Shown here in pieces: positions 59,423 through 64,000 of a stretch of 64,000 bases of DNA. Below the pieces are notes generated by a model. The model was not told the origin of the DNA and made no database searches. It saw only the letters and a program-made list of their open reading frames with translations. Source of the DNA: a bacterium. Lineage in GTDB: Bacteria > UBA8248. Where the stretch lies: contig CBDBZU010000004.1 in NCBI GenBank assembly GCA_965213625.1, positions 768,001-832,000 of the forward strand, given 5' to 3'. Made by a program: the position numbers and the translations under genes. Numbering within the stretch: the stretch's first letter is position 1; each line of letters opens with the position of its first letter.

Positions 59423-60038
59423 TGCCGCCGCCGTGGATCACGCCCACGGAGTGGAACCAGCGGAAACGCCGCTTACCCCCGAAAGCTGGGGCAAGCTGGG
59501 CATGTGGGTATTTCTGGCAGGCGACGCCATGTCGTTCGGGACCTTGCTGGCGGGCTACGCCATCTTGCGGGGCAACAGCGCCAACTGGCCGGTGCCCGTG
59601 GACGTGCTGGGCATTTCGCTCACCGCGTTCATGACGTTCCTGCTCATATGCAGCAGCGTCACCATGGTGAAGGGCCTGGACGCCATCAAAAGAGGCGATC
59701 AGGAGGGCCTGGTGAAGTACATGTGGCTGACCGTAGGCGGCGGCCTCATATTCCTCGCTCTGCAAGCCTATGAGTGGACCCACCTGATTCAAGTGGGTCT
59801 CCATCTTTCCGCGAACAAATGGGGCGACAGCCTCTTCGGCACCACTTTCTACATCATCACGGGCTTCCACGGGATGCATGTGACCGGCGGCGTCATCTAT
59901 CTGGCCGTTATCGCGATGCGCGGCCAAAAAGGCGTTTATTCGTCGACGAACTGGAACGAGGTGGAAATCGCGGGCCTCTACTGGCACTTCGTGGACCTCG
60001 TCTGGATTCTCGTGTTCACGTTCATTTATCTACTGTAA
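59415..60038 (+). CDS. Cytochrome c oxidase subunit III (copy 2)
   Basis: KLGMWVFL, TFLLICSSVTM, TGFHGMHV, GLYWHFVDLVW. Confidence 0.92.
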   Translation: MTDAAAVDHAHGVEPAETPLTPESWGKLGMWVFLAGDAMSFGTLLAGYAILRGNSANWPVPVDVLGISLTAFMTFLLICSSVTMVKGLDAIKRGDQEGLVKYMWLTVGGGLIFLALQAYEWTHLIQVGLHLSANKWGDSLFGTTFYIITGFHGMHVTGGVIYLAVIAMRGQKGVYSSTNWNEVEIAGLYWHFVDLVWILVFTFIYLL

Positions 60039-60095
60039 TCATCCCGGGCATGCGCCTGAGCGCGCCCGGTTCGTTCGAGGGAGAGCACATACATC

Positions 60096-60392
60096 ATGGC
60101 TAGCGCAAGCCACTCGGAACACGACGATCATCACGTGAACTACATGGCCATCTTCTGGTGGCTCCTGGCGCTCACGATACTCGAGGTCCTGGCCGGCATC
60201 CCGCAGGCGAGCCCCGCCTATCCGCAGCTATTGAAGGGGGCGCTCCTCGTCGGCATGGCCGTGGCCAAGGCGGTCCTCGTGGCGCTTTATTTCATGCACC
60301 TGAAGTTCGAGAAAGTGGCGCTGGGCTTCATCGCCATGATACCGCTCGTGCTGTGCGTGTTCGTGGTGTTGATGGTGCTGCCGGATTTTTAG
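60096..60392 (+). CDS. Cytochrome c oxidase subunit IV
   Basis: LLALTILEV, AKAVLVALYFMHLKFE. Confidence 0.88.
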   Translation: MASASHSEHDDHHVNYMAIFWWLLALTILEVLAGIPQASPAYPQLLKGALLVGMAVAKAVLVALYFMHLKFEKVALGFIAMIPLVLCVFVVLMVLPDF

Positions 60393-60438
60393 GCCGCCCC
60401 TACCCTACGCCAGACGTTACATAAAAAATACATAATTC

Positions 60439-60864
60439 ATGTCGCTTCGACATCTACCCACCCTGAACGCCTTGTTGAACCTCACGTGCGCATTCCTGCT
60501 CATGGCGGGGATGAGGCGCATCTACGTCAAAGATGTGGAAATCCACAAGCGCCTCATGGTGAGTGCGTTCGCGGTCTCCACCCTGTTCCTCATCTCCTAT
60601 CTCGTCTACCACTTCAACGTGGGCTCGGTCGGCTTCACCGGCACGGGCTGGATTCGTCCGGTGTATTTCATCATCCTCATCACCCATTCCGTGCTGGCGG
60701 TCCTGGTGCCGCCCATGGCGATCATCACCCTCTATAGGGCGTGGCGGGGGGATTTCGAGCGGCACCGCCGCATCGCCCGCTGGACCTATCCCATCTGGCT
60801 CTATGTTTCGTTCACGGGCGTCGCTGTCTACTTGATTCTCTACGTCTTCTACCCGAGGGCATGA
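60439..60864 (+). CDS. DUF420 (CtaM-like) membrane protein
   Basis: LPTLNALLN, HKRLM, FLISYLVYH, HRRIAR...IWLYVSFTG. Confidence 0.88.
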   Translation: MSLRHLPTLNALLNLTCAFLLMAGMRRIYVKDVEIHKRLMVSAFAVSTLFLISYLVYHFNVGSVGFTGTGWIRPVYFIILITHSVLAVLVPPMAIITLYRAWRGDFERHRRIARWTYPIWLYVSFTGVAVYLILYVFYPRA

Positions 60865-61229
60865 GAGAATTCCTTCGCGCCCTGAAACGCGGGTGCTCCC
60901 TGATATGTCCGAGATGCCCCGAACCCCTCTTCACGGGGCCATTCCGCATGCACGAAAGATGCCCGGGCTGCGGCTATCTCATCGAACGCGAGCAGGGCTA
61001 TTTCATCGGCGCCATCTACATCAACTACGCCATCACGGTCATCATCTGCCTGGGCGGCTATCTGCTCACCGAAATCTTCATCGCGCCGGGCCTCATGGCG
61101 CATCTCATCACCTGGGGTGGGCTTTGCATCCTGATTCCGCTATTCTCGTTTCGCTACTCCCGCGCCATCTGGCTGAACGCGGATTACTTTTTCAACCGGA
61201 AACTCTCACCCGACGATGATGGGGAATGA
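60861..61229 (+). CDS. DUF983-like membrane protein with CxxC/CxxC
   Basis: CPRC...LF...CPGCG...EREQGYFIGA.Y; two TM; ATGA overlaps on both sides. Confidence 0.78.
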   Translation: MREFLRALKRGCSLICPRCPEPLFTGPFRMHERCPGCGYLIEREQGYFIGAIYINYAITVIICLGGYLLTEIFIAPGLMAHLITWGGLCILIPLFSFRYSRAIWLNADYFFNRKLSPDDDGE

Positions 61230-62200
61230 GCGCATTGGATCCGAACCCCGCCCTCGCCGTCGAAGGCGTCACCCACCGCTACGGTAGCCGTACGGCGCTC
61301 AAGGACGTGCGCTTCGAGGTTGCAGAGGGGGAGATATTCTCGCTCCTGGGCCCGAACGGCGGCGGCAAGACCACCCTGTTCCGCATCATCACCACCCTCA
61401 TGCGCCCCACTACGGGCGATGCGAAAGTTTTCGGGCATTCCGTGCGCGACGCGCCCGATGAGGTGCGAAAAAAAATCGGCGTCGTCTTTCAGCAACCGGG
61501 GCTCGACCCCAAGCTTACCGTGCTCGAGAACATGATCCACCACGGCAGGCTCCACGGCATGCTCGGGAGCTCGCTCCGAAACGCGGCGGACGCGCTCCTC
61601 GCGCAATTCGGCCTGAGCGACAGGAAAAAGGAGTACGTCGAGACGCTCTCCGGCGGGCTTCAGCGCAGGGTGGAACTCGCCAAAGCGCTCCTGCCCCGGC
61701 CCGAGATACTGTTTCTCGACGAACCCAGCACGGGGCTCGACCCGGGGGCCAGAATCGACTTCAGAAACGAGCTCAAGCGCTTGAGAAACGAGACGAACAC
61801 CACGGTCGTGCTCACCACGCATTTCATCGAAGAGGCAGACCACGCGGATCGCGTCGGCGTCATCCACGAAGGAGACCTCGTCGCCATCGGCGCGCCCGAT
61901 GCGCTCAAGAAGGAAGTGGGCGGCGAGGTGCTGACCATCGAGGCGCATGAGCCGGAACACCTGCGCGAAAAACTTGGGAGTATGTTCTCATGTGAGGTGA
62001 AGAGCGTGGACGGCTCCCTGCGCGTCGAGATGCGCGACGCCCACGCGGCCATCCCCAAAATCGCGGAAGCTTTCCCCGGCGAGGTGCGCTCTATTACGCT
62101 GGGCAAACCCACGCTTGAGGACGTGTTCATCAACCAGACGGGAAAGCGCTTCATTGACGCGGATGAAGCTCTCCCCGCAGCGGAGGCGAGAAAGTCTTGA
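61226..62200 (+). CDS. ABC-2 type ATP-binding protein (DrrA-like)
   Basis: GPNGGGKTT, LSGGLQRR, LDEPSTGLDP, PTLEDVF. Confidence 0.92.
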   Translation: MSALDPNPALAVEGVTHRYGSRTALKDVRFEVAEGEIFSLLGPNGGGKTTLFRIITTLMRPTTGDAKVFGHSVRDAPDEVRKKIGVVFQQPGLDPKLTVLENMIHHGRLHGMLGSSLRNAADALLAQFGLSDRKKEYVETLSGGLQRRVELAKALLPRPEILFLDEPSTGLDPGARIDFRNELKRLRNETNTTVVLTTHFIEEADHADRVGVIHEGDLVAIGAPDALKKEVGGEVLTIEAHEPEHLREKLGSMFSCEVKSVDGSLRVEMRDAHAAIPKIAEAFPGEVRSITLGKPTLEDVFINQTGKRFIDADEALPAAEARKS

Positions 62201-62976
62201 CTCCTTACCTTCTTTGCACGGGAACGATCTGGCAGCGCGAGATTGTGCGCTTCGTGCGCCAGCGCAGCCGCATCATCGGCGCGTTCGGCCAGCCCATCCT
62301 GTTCTGGCTACTGCTGGGCAGCGGCTTCGGGCGAAACTTCCGCTACGCCGCCGGCGGCGGAGAGGGTTACCTGGAATACTTCTACCCGGGCATCATCGCC
62401 ATGGTGGTGCTGTTCACGGCGATTTTCTCCACCTTCGCCGTGGTGGACGACAGAAAGGCGCGCTTCTTACAGGGCGTGCTCGCAGCCCCCGTCCCGCGCT
62501 CGGCCATCGTGCTGGGGCAAGTGATGGGAGGCGCGACGCTGGCGCTTCTGCAAGGCGTGCTCCTGCTCGTCGCCACGCCTCTGGCGGGCGTTCCGCTCAC
62601 GCTCGAAGCCGCCCTCGCCTCCATCCTGGTGATGGGCCTGATCGGCTTCGCGCTGACCGCGCTCGGCCTGCTGCTCGCCTGGCGGATCGAGTCCACCCAG
62701 GGGTTCCACTCCATCATGAACCTCTTGCTCATCCCTCTGTGGCTGCTCTCGGGCGCGGTGTTCCCGGTCGCGGGCGCGCACCCGATCATCGGACTCATCA
62801 TGCAGGTGAACCCGCTTACCTACGGCGTGGCGGCTTTGAGGAGAACGCTATACTTGAGCGCGCCGGACGCCGTGGCCACCCTGCCGGGGCTCTGGATTTC
62901 CCTGCTCGTCATGATCGCCTTCGGCGGCATCTGCTTCTCGCTCGCGGTGAGGACCGCCGAGCGAAGCGAGGGGTGA
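62197..62976 (+). CDS. ABC-2 type permease (DrrB-like)
   Basis: REIVRF.R, PGIIAM, LSGAVFP, VNPLTYGV. Confidence 0.9.
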   Translation: MTPYLLCTGTIWQREIVRFVRQRSRIIGAFGQPILFWLLLGSGFGRNFRYAAGGGEGYLEYFYPGIIAMVVLFTAIFSTFAVVDDRKARFLQGVLAAPVPRSAIVLGQVMGGATLALLQGVLLLVATPLAGVPLTLEAALASILVMGLIGFALTALGLLLAWRIESTQGFHSIMNLLLIPLWLLSGAVFPVAGAHPIIGLIMQVNPLTYGVAALRRTLYLSAPDAVATLPGLWISLLVMIAFGGICFSLAVRTAERSEG

Positions 62977-63078
62977 TTTCCGGCGGAAGAGGCCGTAGGT
63001 ACTGAGGGGGGTAGCTGAAAAGTCTTCCTCGCTATGAGTTGACTACCGCCGGAATGACGAGCAAAACCGTATTCACCC

Positions 63079-63167
63079 GTAGGGGCGGGCCTCTGTGCCC
63101 GCCCGCCCGGATATGTCCATTCCCGTGGTTGTGCTTCTCAGGGACAGGCACGGAGGCCTGTCCCGAC
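63079..63167. repeat. GTAG-type REP inverted pair
   Basis: GTAGGGGCGGGCCTCTGTGCCCGCCC ... GGGACAGGCACGGAGGCCTGTCCCGAC. Confidence 0.7.
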
Positions 63168-63203
63168 CAACTGCCTTGAAAATACCCTTGTTGACATGAA
63201 ATC

Positions 63204-63375
63204 ACTCCCCCCTTGAGGGGGAGTCACAGAGACCGAGTCCTTTGGACGAAGGCCGATGTGGTGGGGGGTGAATCGTGTTTTATCCTGCAATTTCAATCAT
63301 ACCCCCCATCGATTCGCTTGCGGGTATGCACCCTTAGCTCACCGTCGGTCTTCCCCGAGGGAGACCGACCCTCAA
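63204..63375. repeat. REPIN-like element (third copy) interrupted by IS1182
   Basis: ACTCCCCCCTTGAGGGGGAGTC...GGTGGGGGG...CCCCCCATCGATTCGCTTGCGGG, same layout as 38419-38584. Confidence 0.8.
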
Positions 63376-64000
63376 GGGTCTGTTGAAAAACCCGGTGTTG
63401 GAAGCGGGCGTTTTGGCGGCTCACGCGGCGGTGGAGAGGCAGCCCAATCGGCGCGTGAGGGCGCCATGTGCGCTTAGACGGCGTCTCCGGGCGGCACAGG
63501 CCGTCCAGAGGGCGAATATACGCGCCGCAAAAGCGGCGGCCAGCCGCTTGAGGTTCACCGCTATCGCCGTCAGGTAGGACTGGATCCTCATGTTCGCAAG
63601 GCCCCGGCGCACCGCCCGCCCCAGTCCGTGCCGGCTCTTCGCCTCGCCGTGGTAGCCCTCCGAGCGCCAACGGTGGCGGCCATAGAGACGCTTCTCCTCC
63701 TCCCCCCAGCGCGCATGCCGCCGACGCGCGCGCAACAGCGCCGGATACGCGTGCGGAATCAACACCGTCCTGCTCGTGCGCGACTTCGACAGACAATCCG
63801 CACGGAGCGCGCAGCCCGCGCAATCCCGCGTCTTCGATACATAGGAGCGCCCCCGCTCCGTCGCCTGCCGGGGGCGCAGCGTCTTGCCTCCCGGACACTT
63901 CACCACCTCGTTGCGCGCGTCGTAGTGGAACAACTGCAGCGGAACACGGCTCTGGCTGGGTTCCTTCTTCGCTGGTATCAGCGCTTCCACGCCCCGCCGC
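63376..64000 (-). mobile_element. Second IS1182-family copy, truncated by window edge (3' end of transposase 63421-64000)
   Basis: Near-identical to the stretch starting at 33301, including the TIR; a few substitutions near the transposase C-terminus. Confidence 0.92.

Overview
High-GC bacterial chromosomal window with no rRNA, CRISPR array or prophage. It holds a Dpp/Opp ABC operon, cytochrome c', and a visibly lower-GC block (gatAB without gatC, a methyltransferase, a diadenylate cyclase with an in-frame amber stop, DegP). It also holds DMT/AEC/TRAP-TAXI/RND/SSS transporters, an AAA-ATPase + DUF3226-like pair, a TbpB-barrel-like lipoprotein, queG, a doubly broken ImmA/IrrE + PIN (DUF4411-like) pair and a plcP-agt-like lipid-remodelling pair. 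Further along are a tandem-domain thyX, tRNA-Arg(ACG) and a long A1-type cytochrome c oxidase operon with unusual accessory genes. Intergenic DNA is dense with palindromic repeats: several REP/REPIN-like families, MITE-like elements with IS1182-type ends, and two IS1182-family copies inserted at the same site of the same repeat family. The best candidates for undescribed biology are (i) the nested MITE/REPIN/IS1182 targeting system, (ii) the ~1.7 kb ORF-poor region 22300-24030 with covarying structured units and a promoter-flanked ncRNA candidate, (iii) the SSS transporter-small membrane protein-TPR cluster and (iv) the CxxC microprotein/DUF983/ABC module in a cox operon lacking SCO/Cox11. All family calls come from motif recognition by eye; no database search was run.
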